The notes beneath the pieces were generated by a model that was not told the origin of the DNA, searched no databases, and was given only the letters and a program-made list of their open reading frames with translations. 64,000 nt of DNA from Octopus vulgaris. Lineage: Eukaryota. Location of the stretch: positions 4,030,001 to 4,094,000 of the forward strand of contig OX597820.1 of assembly GCA_951406725.2 (NCBI GenBank). Reading direction: 5' to 3'. Made by a program: the position numbers and the translations under genes. This document shows, one piece after another, positions 50,389-63,392 of this stretch. Positions within the stretch are counted from its first letter, which is position 1, and each line of letters begins with the position of its first letter.

Positions 50389-50766
50389 CTCTATATAAAC
50401 GGCAGTTTGTCTGTGCGTGTTTCTGTGTGTCTGTTTTCTCGTACCCTCACTCTGACCACGGCTTTCAACCGATTCTGATGAAACTTGACACACACATAGC
50501 CCAATGTCATAATTCAAAACTAACGCAGCGAAAATTTTGAAAAGTTCCCCCAGTTCTGAAAAAATCGATAAATTCGACATGGGGTCGAGAATTAGAAACC
50601 CAAACCACAGACCGTCTAGGGGACGCAACTCTACCTTTTTTAACTCTCAAAAAAATTTACCATCATTTTTTTCCCATTTTTTTGCTATTTTTTGGCTATA
50701 ACTCTCTAAAAATGCTTTATAGTTATTTCCCTTACAAACCTGAGCAACGCCGGGCGATACTGCTAG
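50384..50766 (+). mobile_element. Non-autonomous Helitron (shares 3' end with the 37443 family, different 5' half)
   Basis: A^TC start; CCTGAGCAACGCCGGGCGATACTGCTAG^T end. Confidence 0.8.
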
Positions 50767-50789
50767 TACATATATATATATATATATCT

Positions 50790-51160
50790 GTAAATGTAAT
50801 GTGACAATTATTCGGTACCCATGATAAAACTCCAAGTTTTAGATGTCTGGGTGGAAACCCACGCTGCCATGTCTTCAGGTATTGGGCCATCGGAAAAAAT
50901 GCTATGAAAATGACCGTTAAACAAAAGGAAATTACTGTGTGATTATTGAACCTGGCCTTGAAATTACCCTCCATAAGGCCCAAATATTTCTTTGTCGAAA
51001 CCGTATCCTTAGTGGATATAGAGTCCACGGTGGCTTCATAAATGATGGTCTCAGACATGCAAGCTCCATTTAGCGGGCACAAATTTTTATCTCTGCATGA
51101 ACAGCTGGTTTCACATTGTGGTTTTTGTGTGTTGTGTGCGATTATATTTTTAAAATTAGT
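50790..51160 (-). mobile_element. Penelope-like GIY-YIG remnant (probably Nematis-type) with 3' hammerhead at 50823-50883
   Basis: CSCRDKNLCPLNGAC..IIYEATV..YLGLMEGNFKARFNNH. Downstream CTGAAGA-CATG..CATC-TAAAA-CTTGGAGTT-TTATC is homologous to family C. 51160-51200 is an inverted copy of ~50970-51010. Confidence 0.85.
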
Positions 51161-53755
51161 AGACACGGTTTCGACAAAGAAATACGTGGGCCTTAGAGAA
51201 GGTAAGGGCTGTACACCACAATGTTTTCTCACACACTGTCTTGCAATCCGAAATACCTCAATTCTTTGGTCTTCATGTCACTGGACATTGCCAAATTTCT
51301 TCTTTTCCGCTTCGCCCTTGGCTATGTATACCTGCCACCCAGCCTAATTTTTGGCTACCTGGTACAGTTCCTTGCTACCCCAACCCTTCCAGGCTTTCCA
51401 GGCCTGTTTCTTTGCTCTTATGGCTTTGTCTACCGTATCATTCCACCACCATGTAACTCTAGGTCTGGAAAGGATTTTGCACCATCCACAGACTTGGTCT
51501 GTGGCACTCAGTAAGCTGTCTCATAGGAATTTCCAGCTACCTTCTATGTCCGACGTCTGTAGTTCCTCCTCCCTCTCATCAAATTTCTTGATGAGGATGT
51601 CTTTAAATCTCTGACCATGTGAAGGGTTCTTTAGCTTCCAAATCCTTCTTTTTTGGATTGGTCTGCTTCTTGGAAAAGAAAGGAGGAGCTTGACGGTAAG
51701 GTAAAAAGGGTGATAGTGAGAGTGATGATGGTGGAGATGTATTGGGATGATGAGAATTGATGCGGTGATACAGAGGCTTGGGCTGAGTAAGTAGGCAGGA
51801 TGAAGTAATTATAGCAGATGATGGAGAGAAATATAGAGGAGGCGGGGCGAAGTGGTTGTGGTGAGGTACATGGTGATCTCACTGGTGCTGGTACCACATA
51901 AAAAACACCCAGTGTAAGGTGATTGGCATTAGGAAAGCCACCCAGCCTTAGCAGACACTGGTGTACAATAGTCTTCTGACTGGTTGGTCATGTAGGAGAG
52001 TCCAACCCATACAAGCATGGCAGATGGACGGTAAATGAAGACGCTGATGTAGGCGGGGATGCTTTGCAACTATGAGATATTAAGCTCGATGCCACTGCCT
52101 GGCATCTTGGGCCGATGTCGTTTTCGGATTACCTCTTGGCTTGTGAGTGAAATCGGGTTCATGGCATTAATAAAACGCTCGTCGAGTGAATTCTATCCCT
52201 AATTCAACGGGTGGAGCCTTGTAACACACTGCGACGAACTGATTCCGTTCAAGAATTAGTTGCTTCTAAGGGTAGGACTTGTCCAAGCAGTATTCGGCTA
52301 CGAAAACGTTAAATGAGGGGCAGATAATTCAATTGACGAAAGAAATGAATTCTTCGTCATCGAATGACAGAAATCCACCATCGTCTCTCCAGTTTCATAA
52401 TTTAAAACAAAAGCAACACAACTGAAATCATTTCAAGAAAACAAAAAAGAAGGGAGAAAGAAAATTTCCCTCGTTCGAGATTGCAACATTTTCTGAATAA
52501 TAAAATGTCAGAAATGTGGAGAGTTATCTCTCCTTGCATCACTGCCTTCCTCTCTTCTGGTCATCAGCAAGAATTTACCAATTAATACAAATATTTCAAA
52601 ATTTTTAACGGTAGAACTCCAAGTAGATAAAGCTATAAATAATAACATGTAAATATTTTGTTTAAAAAAATAGTTCTTTCGTTGGAAACGGTCGAAAGCT
52701 GCTTGTAGGATGTAAACAAAATTTCAAAATTTGTCTGTTGTCTTGTTTTGAATTAAATTTATTTCTTTATAACAAGTGTTTATTTTTATTTTTTTTATTT
52801 TATTTAGTCTTGAAAATATATTATTATCTGTGATATTTTCTCTGGTACAAAGAAAAAAAAAAGAAAAATTGAAAGAAATCAAAAATAAAGCTTTTTGACT
52901 AGATTGAACCAAAAAACAATAACAACTGGAATAAAATAAAATAAAGTACAATAATGTTTAGACTGAAACGAATACTTAAAGGAAGAATTATGGTAAAGAT
53001 ACAAACTAGAAGCAGAAGAGAGATACAGCCATTCTTTTGATTTCATCTTCTCGTTGATTAAATTCCACCTGTAATTACTTTTCCATAGTAATGAAGATTG
53101 GATTACATTTTATCAATTCATTTAGTAAGAAATTAGATCCAAAAAAGGACGATCTTTCTGGCAGATGAGTGGAGATACTTTGCTAATTTTGAAATTCATG
53201 TCAGTTAGGTTCTTAGTCTCCAGTTTGTACAATGTGCTGGATTCAATGTGTTTAAAACTAACAGTTTAGTTTGGCCATCAACAATAAATAAAATAGAGTT
53301 GGGTGTTGTATGTAAATGAATAGTCAAGACTAGGTTCCATCTTAAAAAGGTGAGATTTTAAATAAGGGAAAATTTTTCATGTCTTGGAGATAGGAAAGTG
53401 AAGACAAAACTAATAATAATAATGATGATGATAATAATAATAATGATTTCAAATTAAGGCTAGAATGTTCAGGACAGGGGTGGGGTGGGGATAACGCGAT
53501 TATATCAGTCCCAGTGTTCAACTGGTCCTTATTTTTATCGACCCTGAAAGGATGAAAGGTAAAGTTAACCTCAGCTGAATTTGAACTCAGAATGCAGAGA
53601 TGTACGAAATGCCACTAAGCATTATTATTAAGCCTTACTTAATGATAATAATCCTTTCTCTTATTATAGGTGTAAGGCCTGAAATTTTGTGCAAGGGGTT
53701 TAGTCGATTATATTGACCCATCTTAAATGAGAATTATTTCATTGACCCCAAAAGA

Positions 53756-54230
53756 CCCTTTTGTTACCATATTTCTGTTGAGATGCTTTGTGTTTCTTTC
53801 AATTAATTTTAAATATAACAAAGAATTTAGTAAATTAACTTAGTTATCATTCAGCCAGTGTTAGGAACATAAATTGTGACTAAGGTTTGGTGGAAGATTT
53901 TAATTCAAAACTTATGAAAACAAGACATTTGTACAACAGAGCCAGAACCGGTTTCAGCCGGGTTGGTATCAAAAGGGTTAAGAATAGTTTCTCTATTATA
54001 TTTTTTAACCCTTTCATTATTTTATTTATTTTGAGATGCTCTGGGTTTCTTTCAATTAATTTTAAATATAACAAAGAATTTAGTAAAATAACTTGGTTAT
54101 CATTAAGCTAGTGTTAGGAACATAAATTGTGACTAAGGTTTGGTGGAAGATTTTAAAACAAAACTTATGAAAACAAGACATTTGTATTAAAGAGCCAGAA
54201 CCGGTTTCAGCTGGGTTGGTATCGAAAGGG
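53756..54230. mobile_element. Two tandem piggyBac-type MITEs (53756-53977, 54009-54230)
   Basis: CCCTTT..AAAGGG termini, TTAA sites, near-identical interiors. Confidence 0.85.
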
Positions 54231-54789
54231 TTAAAGGCAATGTTGACCTGAAAATGTGGATGAAATGCCATTGAACATTTTGTCTGGTGTGCAGGAGCAG
54301 GGGGGGGGGGGGGCTGATCAGGTACATTAACCCAGTACTTGAGGAGTACTTATTTCATTGACCCCCCAAAAGGACAGAAAGCAAAGCTGACCTCAGCAGG
54401 ATTTGAAACTAGAACGTAAAGAACTTGAAGAAATGCTGCTTAGCATTTTATCCAACACACTAATGATTCTGCCAGCTTGGTGCCTTAATAAGTGTTTCCA
54501 ATTTCAGCACAAGGCCAGCAATCCTGAGGGGAAGGGGAAATTGATTGCATCGACTCCAGCACTTAACTAGAATTTAGAATTAGAACTCCGAAGGCAAAGA
54601 GTTGGGACAAATGCCACTAAGTGTCTTGTCTGTCTTGCTAATGATTTTGCTAGCTTTCCACCTTGATGATGATAATAATAATAATAATTATTATAAGAAG
54701 AAGATGAAGAAGAAGAAGAATGATTGAATGGAAAGAGTCAGAAAATATAAATAAATACTGAAGGCATCAAGGAGTAGAATGAAAATGTG

Positions 54790-55744
54790 TCACCGAAAAA
54801 TTGGCTGAAATTTAAGGTATTGTCTGAGAACAGAAGGTAAAGGTAGAATATCAACGTCACAAGTTCTGGAAAGATGTTGGAGAATGACTATTCGACATTG
54901 ACTTTGTAAGTTCAGGATCCGTGGCATCTGATAAACAAGGATACTAACTTCATCGGAACTCTGTTTGTGATCAAGGACCCTCATGTAGCTGCCACAGCGG
55001 GAAAATGCGAGTTGGTAATTAACACGACATATTCTTATTAAACCAGGAAGACACGATGTTAAATACTTAAGTAACGTTATTGTATCGGCGTTAAACAAAT
55101 ATATATCAGAGAAAGCCGTGACCCCAAAACGGTTGTCAGTAAGTTTTTGAACAATAAGTAGAGTTCCGTCTTTGCTGTAGGAGAGATGAAAGCGGCTGCT
55201 GCCAAACAGAACAGGTAGACACAAGTTGCTGCGTACAACAATTCCCATTTCGGATAAAGAATAAGTGACAAGTTCGTTACAGACGCCGGTTGCTCGACAC
55301 TCGTAGTTGGCTACAGCAATACGAGACCACCTGAAACGAGGGTCAAAGGCAACGTATGGTTGAACAGCGTGATTCAGGGTAATGATGTTGAGGACTTGAA
55401 AAGTCTCGTGAGAATATATATACAAATCATAGCTTGATGTTTTACTAACTTCAGAAAAGGAGAAGAAAAGAATAGCCGTACGAGAGCAGTCGGGTGTGAT
55501 GTCACCATTAACAATAGTCATATTTTCCTTTGGAGATAACATGATGCCAAGGGTCTTCTTTTGTTGTATGTCTACAATAGGAAATGCAAATTGGTTTACG
55601 ATTCCTTGTTGTCTGTGGAGTATGAGAAGGATGAGATGGTCCCGGCAGGAAAGGGCAACGCTACTGATTTCGTAGTCATCATTCACAAAAGCTGCAAGTT
55701 CACTTTTATTACTGCAGGAAATTAAAATTTTCAATGATTTGTAC
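54790..55744 (-). CDS. Last exon of SOCS-box protein with divergent WD40/beta-propeller-like region
   Basis: Long open frame; acceptor TTTATCTACTTAACAG; C-terminal LNLQSQCRIVILQHL..VDILPLPSVLRQYLKF is a SOCS box; repeats DITPDCSR, AFDPRF, LSYSKDG, LAFSRCG resemble propeller blades. Confidence 0.92.
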
Positions 55745-56759
55745 CTGTTAAGTAGATAAAGGAAAAACAATCAAATTTATCAAGAATTTTGTATTTCTTT
55801 GTTAAACAATCAAACAACACAATAATATGTACTTCTTGATTCCATAAATCTTACCATTTTTGTACATTTGTTTCATTCATGTAACAATCTGCTACTTTTC
55901 CGCTGTTTTAAATAATCGAATGGCCAAAGAGATGAAATTTTAATTTGTTAATTTTGTGCATTAAACACTATTATCAATGTGATTAGACAAATTAGAGATC
56001 TTCTAAAGTTATGAGGCATCATTGTAATTAGGTCTGCTAAGGTCATTATGTACAGGTGTAAAACTCCTTTTAAGATTCCAAACCAAATGGAGGTCAGTAT
56101 GAAAAATATTCTTTTCTACTATAGGCACAAGGCCTGAAATTTGGGGGGAAGGAGCAAGCTGATTACATCGACCCCAGTACTCAAACTGGTACTTAATCTA
56201 TCGACCCCGAAAGGATGAAAGGTAAAGTCAACCATGGCAGAATTTGAACTCAGAAATTAGTGGCGGGCGAAATGCTTAGCAGTATTTTGTCTGCCGCTGA
56301 GCATTTCACTCGGTGTGCTAACGACTCTGCCAGCTCTCCACCTTAGGATGAAAAATATTATTCTATATAGGAACTGAATTTGCTTCCTTGCATGGGAGAT
56401 CATTCTATAAGAAGATTCAGGAATCCTAATAGACAATACAAAGTAAACTTGTACATCATCATCATATATATAACTATATATATGTATGTGTGTGTGTGTG
56501 TAAATTACTCATCAGAAAAGGTGGCCAAAAGCGTTCGTGCATTACATAGAATAATGCCCAAAAAGTGAAGAGTGAATGAGTTATATTGAATAAGAAAGAG
56601 AAATAAGCAAGTCTGAGAATATAGAATGGTGCTATGCACACACACACACACACACATATGAACGCACACACACACACATGCACACACACGTACAAGGTAA
56701 AAAAAGAAAACCAAAAATGTGTGAAAAATTCAATGAAAAGTATTGAGAAATGTAATTAC

Positions 56760-56880
56760 CTAATCTCTAGATTTTTGGTTCCTTTCTGAAAGAGAATGCG
56801 TACATAACGAGAACAAACTGATCCATCACAGTCGACATCTCTGCAGCAGTAGCGACGAGAGTTTTGGAAACCATAAGAAC
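56760..56880 (-). CDS. Internal exon of the SOCS-box gene (SYGFQNSRRYCCRDVDCDGSVCSRYVRILFQKGTKNLEIR)
   Basis: Acceptor CTCCTCATCCAG, donor GTAATT, 121 nt; phases 1 and 2 match both neighbours. Confidence 0.85.
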
Positions 56881-57901
56881 CTGGATGAGGAGAGAAAGAA
56901 GAAGGCAATTAATGGGAGTGTGAAGATATTATATATATAAATATAATGGCTTACCTGGCTGAAACTTCGAAGTCACTGTCAACAATGTACTTGTCTAAGA
57001 ATAATAAATTTGTACTCTACAAAAGTACAGAGTAACACTTCAGATTAACGTAAGATTGTTTTTATTGTAACTGAACATAAAGACAAACGTGTGTGTGTGT
57101 AACATAACAGTTTAGAAAAACACCATTGCACAAAATATTTTAACAATTTTTTATATTATTCCCAATATTTCATCATCATCATCAGCATCATCGTTTACCG
57201 TCCGTTGTCCTTGCTGGCATGGGTTGGACGGTTTGACTGGGCTGGCAGGCTGGAAAGGCTGCGCTAGGATCCAGTTGGATTTGGTGTGGTTTTCTACGGC
57301 TGGATGCCCTTCCAAACGCCAACCACTCAAAGAGTGTAATGGGTGCGTTTACGTGCCACTGGCACGGGTGTCATTTGCGTGACACCAAAGTGCGTTTACG
57401 TGTCACTGGCACGGGTGCCAATTTGCGTGACACGGGTATCTGCCACGACTGCGATGTTGTTCGGCTTGATGGGTCTTGGGGCTTCTTGGTCACTGCCTCC
57501 GTGAGGCCCAACACTCAAAATATATACATCAAAAGGATTTTTAAGTATTAAATGGCTATGAGAAACCATCCAAGTAAAATGGGAACCGAAGGGGTCCATA
57601 GCTAAAAAATGGTCGAGACATACTGATTCTAAGGGTACACCTGGCAAAGGGTCCATATTGTTCCACATGCAGGAGAACACTGTGGAATATACCCGTGTTT
57701 ACTGGATATTTTGGGGAAGCCTGTACAATGTCTGTCCTTATTTCGTTAGGGTGGTGGGGTAAATGATTTGAAGGTATTAGGTAGAGCGACGAGTGTCTAA
57801 ATACATTAAGGTGTAGCTGTGGTGTAAGATGGAGAATTACCCACGAACTGCCATAGAGGACAGATTTTAAGCAAATGAATTTTTTTTTATTATTTATCAA
57901 T

Positions 57902-58064
57902 AGGCGCAGGAGTGGCTGTGTGGTAAATAGCTTGCCTACCAACCACATGGTTCTGGGTTCAATCTCACTGCATGGCATCTTGGGCAAGTGTCTTCTGCTA
58001 TAGCCCCGGGCCGACCGATGCCTTGTGAGTGGATTTGGTAGACGGAAACTGAAAGAAGCCTGTC

Positions 58065-58124
<60 letters not shown>

Positions 58125-58326
58125 GTGTGTTTGTTCCCCTAGCATTGCTTGACAACCGATGCTGGTGTGTTTATGTCATCGTTACTTAGCGGTTCGGCAA
58201 AAGAGACTGATAGAATAAGTACTGAGCTTACAAAGAATAAGTCCCGGGGTCGATTTGCTCGACTAAAGGCGGTGCTCCAGCATGGCTGCAGTCAAATGAC
58301 TGAAACAAGTAAAAGAGTAAAAGAGA
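57902..58326 (+). mobile_element. CORE-type tRNA SINE, full-length, intronic
   Basis: Same family as 7307-7729. Confidence 0.9.
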
Positions 58327-60217
58327 ATGTTTTATTATATTGTGTCTGGGGAGAGTCATTTTCTTTTCGTGCCTTATTATGTAACACACTCACCGGTAAA
58401 AATTTCTACGTTTTCTTATTTTTATTGTCCCCAGACACAACAAAATATGCTTCAACACACGAACCTATATAAAGAATCTGGCAATCCAAAAACGAAATAT
58501 TTTATTATAGTTTATGACTTCCCTTGCCTCGTAAAGCCGCCACGACTAACTACCCCTCCCCGTCCTTTGTGTGTGTGTGTGAGAGAGAGGGAGAGAGAGA
58601 TTCTGGGTTATTTCAGCAGCTTAACTTCTGAGGTTGTATCAAGATTTATATAACGTTGCTCGGGTTTGTAAGGGAAATAACTATATAAGCATTTCTAGAG
58701 AGTTATAGCCAAAAAATAGCAAAAAAATGCATTAAAAATGGTAAAAAAAATTATGGTAAATTTTTTTTTTTAAATCGTAGACTCATCGTAGACAAACTTT
58801 TATATATAAAGATATACAATGATTTGCGTTTTTAGTCTTAACAAGCGTGGCTGTGTGGTAAGAAGCTTGCTTTCCAGACACATGGCTCCGGGTTCAGTCC
58901 CATAGTGTGACACCTTGAGGAAGTGTCTTCAACTATAGCCTCGGGCCGACTAATTGTGGGGATTTAGTAGACGGAAACTGACAGAAGCCCATCGTGTGTG
59001 TGTGTATATATTCTTTTATTCTTTTACTTGTTTCTGTCATTTGACCGTGGCCATGCTGGAGCACCGCCTTTAGTCGAGCAAATCGACCCCAGGACTTATT
59101 CTTTGTAAGCCTAGTACTTATTCTTTCGGTCTCTTTTGCCGAACCGCTAAGTTACAGGAATGTAAACACACCAGCATTGGTTGTCAAGCAATGATGTGGG
59201 GACAAATACAGACAGATACAGGACGGGCTTCTTTCAGTTTCCGTCTGCCAAATGCACTCACAAGACTTTAGTCAGCCCAAGGCTATAAGAGAAGACACTT
59301 GCCCAAGGTACTATGCAGTGGTATTGAACCTGGAACCATGTGGTTGGTAAGCAAGCTTCTTACCACACAACCACTCCTGCACCTATATATACATATATAT
59401 ATATATTTCAAAAATGTAACTACACATGGACTGTTGACATATATATACATATATACATATACATACATATATATACATATAAATACACATATACATACAT
59501 ATATATACACATATATACACACACATACATACATATACAGACGTATATATGTGTGTGTGTGTATATATATATACATACACATATATACATATACAAATAT
59601 ATATACATATATATACATATATACACATACATACATATACATACATATACATAAATATATATATATATACACACACACACACTCACTATGTGAAAGACTT
59701 CTTTCAGTTTCTGCCTACCATATCTACTCACAAGGCTTTGGTCAACATGAGGCTACAGGTCATGACGCTTGTCAAAGGTGCCATGCAGTGGGACTGAACC
59801 AAGAACCACGTGGTTGGGAAGCAAGATTCTTACCACACAGCCGTGACTGCACCTATATAAATATATATCATCATCATCACCATCTTCATTTATTGTCCGC
59901 TTTCCTTGCAGGCATGGGTTGGAGAGTTTGATTGGAACTGGTAAGCTGGGGAGGTTCCAATCTGACTCGGCATGGTTTCTACACTTGGGTGCCCTTCCTA
60001 ATGCCAACCACTCCAAGAGTGTAATGGGTGCTTTTTATGTGCCACCAGTATGGGTGCCATTTACATGACACTGGAAATGGTCACGACCACGGTTTCTCAA
60101 GAACAGCATATCTCCAAAGGTCTCGGTCACTAGTCCTCACCTCCGTGAGGCCCAACATTCAAAGATCGTGCTTCACCACCGTTTCCTGAGTCTGTAGGTA
60201 TTAATTGATAAATGAAT

Positions 60218-60298
60218 GACAAGAGCTGTTTCAGCTGTAAGGAATTGTGCAGCCAGAATTAGGTGCTTCTATGACAGCTTATATAGCCTCATCAGTCT
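60218..60298 (-). ncRNA. Hammerhead-like motif, intronic, sense to the SOCS-box gene
   Basis: Minus: CTGATGA-GGCT..AGCT-GAAA-CAGCTC; stems I and III imperfect. Confidence 0.4.
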
Positions 60299-60834
60299 AA
60301 CCCATGCTGTCATGGAAAAAGGGACGTAAAACTGAAAGAATGGATGAGGTCTGAAGGGGAATATGGAAATATAATTTTTATAACATTTACTTTATTTTTA
60401 TATGATCTAGTCTGAAGCGGAAGGTCAAAGACACAGTCTTTGACCGTTTGCAAGGCTTCTGAGATTGGTGATGGTGGCAAAGAAGTCATTCATGGACTAG
60501 AAACCTGACCCCAATGTTTGCAATGAAGGATTACCCTGAGCCTTGGGTCAGGGTGCCACCACACCTTTCTTCCCAGCTGATGGGGCCTTTTGCCTTGCAA
60601 GTTACTTGGTGACCCTACTGGTGCTGGTGCCACATAAAAAGCTCCCATTTAATGCTCTGTAAAGTGGTCGGCATTAGGGAAAAAACCATGGAACATAACA
60701 AAACAGACCATGAAGCCTGGTGCAGCAACTGGCCTTAGCAGCTCCAGTCAAACTGTCTGACCCATGCCAGCATGGAAAGCAGATGTTAATCGATGATGAT
60801 GATGATAAGTTAATTCAAGAATGCAGTTACTTAC

Positions 60835-60958
60835 TTGCTACTGAGTCCCAGGAATGGTTATCTCCAGAAAACAGAAGTTGCCATGGTTTCTGATAGGGAG
60901 GTAATATAACTTCGTAACTCGCAGACGGTGGGGAGATTTTCTTAATCAAATTGCCCAT
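60835..60958 (-). CDS. Probable first coding exon of the SOCS-box gene (MGNLIKKISPPSASYEVILPPYQKPWQLLFSGDNHSWDSVA)
   Basis: Exon 60835-60980 with acceptor TTTTCCTTTCAG and donor GTAAGT. ATG at 60958 gives 124+121+955=1200 nt (399 aa). The frame is also open upstream of the ATG, so a further 5' coding exon is possible. Confidence 0.8.
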
Positions 60959-61623
60959 AGGTTTAGTTTCAAACGAGCCTCTGAAAGGAAAAGACAGAAA
61001 AGGTAGAATCAGGTAAATTCAAAATAGTTTAGAAATGGCTGTTGTTGTTATTATTGCTGTTTAGCCCACACCACCTCATGTCAGCCCTGATCAAGCAGAG
61101 CTATAATCAAAGATGTTCCAACCTTGCCCATCTGGTCTATTTTTCAGATATAATGTATGAAAATCAGGTAACGGTTTCCCATCTTTTAAGCTGTAGGATT
61201 TGACATTCAGGGAAATCTTGTTTGCTGTTTCTAGAAGGTTGAATGCCTACATTAAGCAGGGATTTTAAAGCATTTTATAATTTAAAACCTGCAAAAGATT
61301 GTCAACCATGTCCCCATACTCTGATCACCAGGCTGTTGAAATCATCATCATTACTAGAGAATGGTAAAGTGGCTTCCAAGGACGTGAAGAGTTTGGTTTT
61401 ACTTTACATAAGAATGAGCAACAACAGAACGAGGATGGATATAAGAAGTGTTTTTGGTTTGGCAAGATTTTGTCATATATCTTTATTTTTTACTGAAGCT
61501 TTAGTAGAAGATATTTGCCCAAGGTCCATGCAGTGGGACTGAACCCAGAACCATGTGGTTGGGATGCAAACTTCTTACCACACAGCCATGCCTGCGCTTA
61601 CACAGCCACCAATAGAATCTATA

Positions 61624-62398
61624 CAGGGTGGCCCCAAAAGTAGGTTTACAGTTATTTGAACTCATATATTAACAGCTTAGATCTTAATTATAAAAACCTA
61701 TGATGCCAGTGCCACCTGACTGGCCCCTGTGCCAGTGGCACGTAAAAAGCACCATTGAGTGTAGTTGTTGCCAGTGTCGCCTGCCTAGCTCCTGTGCCGG
61801 TGTCATGTAAAAAGCACTGTTCAAGCATGGTCAATGCCAGTACTGCCTGACTGACCCTCGTGCTGGTGGCACATAAAAGCACCCACTACACTCTCTGAGT
61901 AGTTGGCGTTAGGAAGGGCATCCAGCTGTAGAAACTTTACTAGATCAGATTGGAGCCTGGTGCAGCCTTCTGGCTTGCCAGTCCTCAGTCAAGCCATCCA
62001 ACCTATGCCAGCATGAAAAGCAAATGCTAAACGATGATGATGATGATTATCATCATCATCGTATAATGTCCGTTTTCCATGCTAGCATGGGTTGGACGGT
62101 TTGACCAAGGTCTGGGAAGCCAGGAAGCTGCACCAGGCTCCAGTCTGATCTGGCAGTGTTTCTACAGCTGGATGCCCTTCCTCACGCCAACCACTCCGTG
62201 AGTGTAGTGGGTGCTTTTTACGTGCCAGGCAAGGCTGGCAACGGCCACGATCGAAAACCATTATTCTATGCTAATTCAGTTAATTTTGTCAAGCTTCCTT
62301 TTCAGTTTGTAAGAGAGAAATTTAAATGTAATAAAATGTTTTAAAAGAAATCTAAAGTGCCTACGGGATAACTGTAAACCCACTTTGGGGTCACCCTG
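61624..62398. mobile_element. Tc1/mariner-type MITE containing two opposed SINE tails
   Basis: TA TSDs; TIR CAGGGTGGCCCCAAAAGTAGGTTTACAGTTAT/ATAACTGTAAACCCACTTTGGGGTCACCCTG. Confidence 0.85.
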
Positions 62399-62880
62399 TA
62401 GAGTAACTCTTAGCTCCAGCCTTTGGTTCCTATTTCCACAGAGGCATATGGATGCCCTCAGTTTAAAACCCCAGGTACAGATCACTTTGTAAAGGGCCTG
62501 CTTAGAGAAAAGTTACCATTGCCGAGTTGATTCAGTGAGCTCTGTTTAAATAATCCTTCAATCACCATTCTGACTTAAGATGGCTACAACCTTCTTGTAA
62601 CAATGTCTGTTGTCCTAAGATTAAAGACTCAAAAAATGTACTTGGTTGATTGACCGATCAATTTATCGAGTAATCGATTAATTAAATGGTTTAATAGATT
62701 GACTAATAATAAAAGAAGTGAAAGAGAACCAGTGTGTGTGTTTATCCTTGGCATAATGACTCTCCCAAGACACAACAGGGTCTGTTTCAACACACGAATT
62801 CACATGAAGAATCTTGCAAACCAAATACAAAAACAAAATAATTAGAAAATTTGGTTTTCTCTTTAGATAATCCCTGGCTA

Positions 62881-63392
62881 ATACAGTTCTATATTTAAGA
62901 GATTAGGAATTATATATATTATTTACATTTGACGGGTATTTGCCCTCATCTTATTTGTTGTTAACTCAACATTTCAGCTGATATACCCTCCAGCCTTCAT
63001 CAGGTGTCTTGGGGGAAATTTCGAACCTGGGTTCTCATTCCTAAGGTATTTTTCAATGTTATGGGAACTGGTATTAAGAAGGATAGGAAAATATTACATT
63101 TATAAGCCCTAAAAATTCACTTCATAATTGCCCATGGGCATATGGCTTAGTGGTTAACCCCAAGATTCCGAGTTCAATTCCAGGCAGTGACGATGATATG
63201 AAACCATTATTCTATGCTAATTTAGTTAATTTTGTCAAGCTCCCCAACCCTAACAACAACAACAACATCGAAAAATACCTTAGGAATGAGAACCCAGGTT
63301 CAAAATTTCCCCAAGAGAGTATATCAGCCGAAACGTTGCATTAACAACAAACAAGATAAGGACAAATATCCGTCAAATGTAAATAATGTACT
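62881..63392. mobile_element. Inverted pair of family-A PLE terminal units with 13-bp TSD
   Basis: TSD TAATCCCTGGCTA at 62868-62880 and 63393-63405; minus arm ~62881-63062, plus arm ~63063-63392. Confidence 0.88.
62963..63008 (-). ncRNA. Type-I hammerhead (family A), intact CUGAUGA/GAAA core
   Basis: Minus: GACAC-CTGATGA-AGGCTG GAGGGTATAT CAGCT-GAAA-TGTT-GAGTT. Confidence 0.72.
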
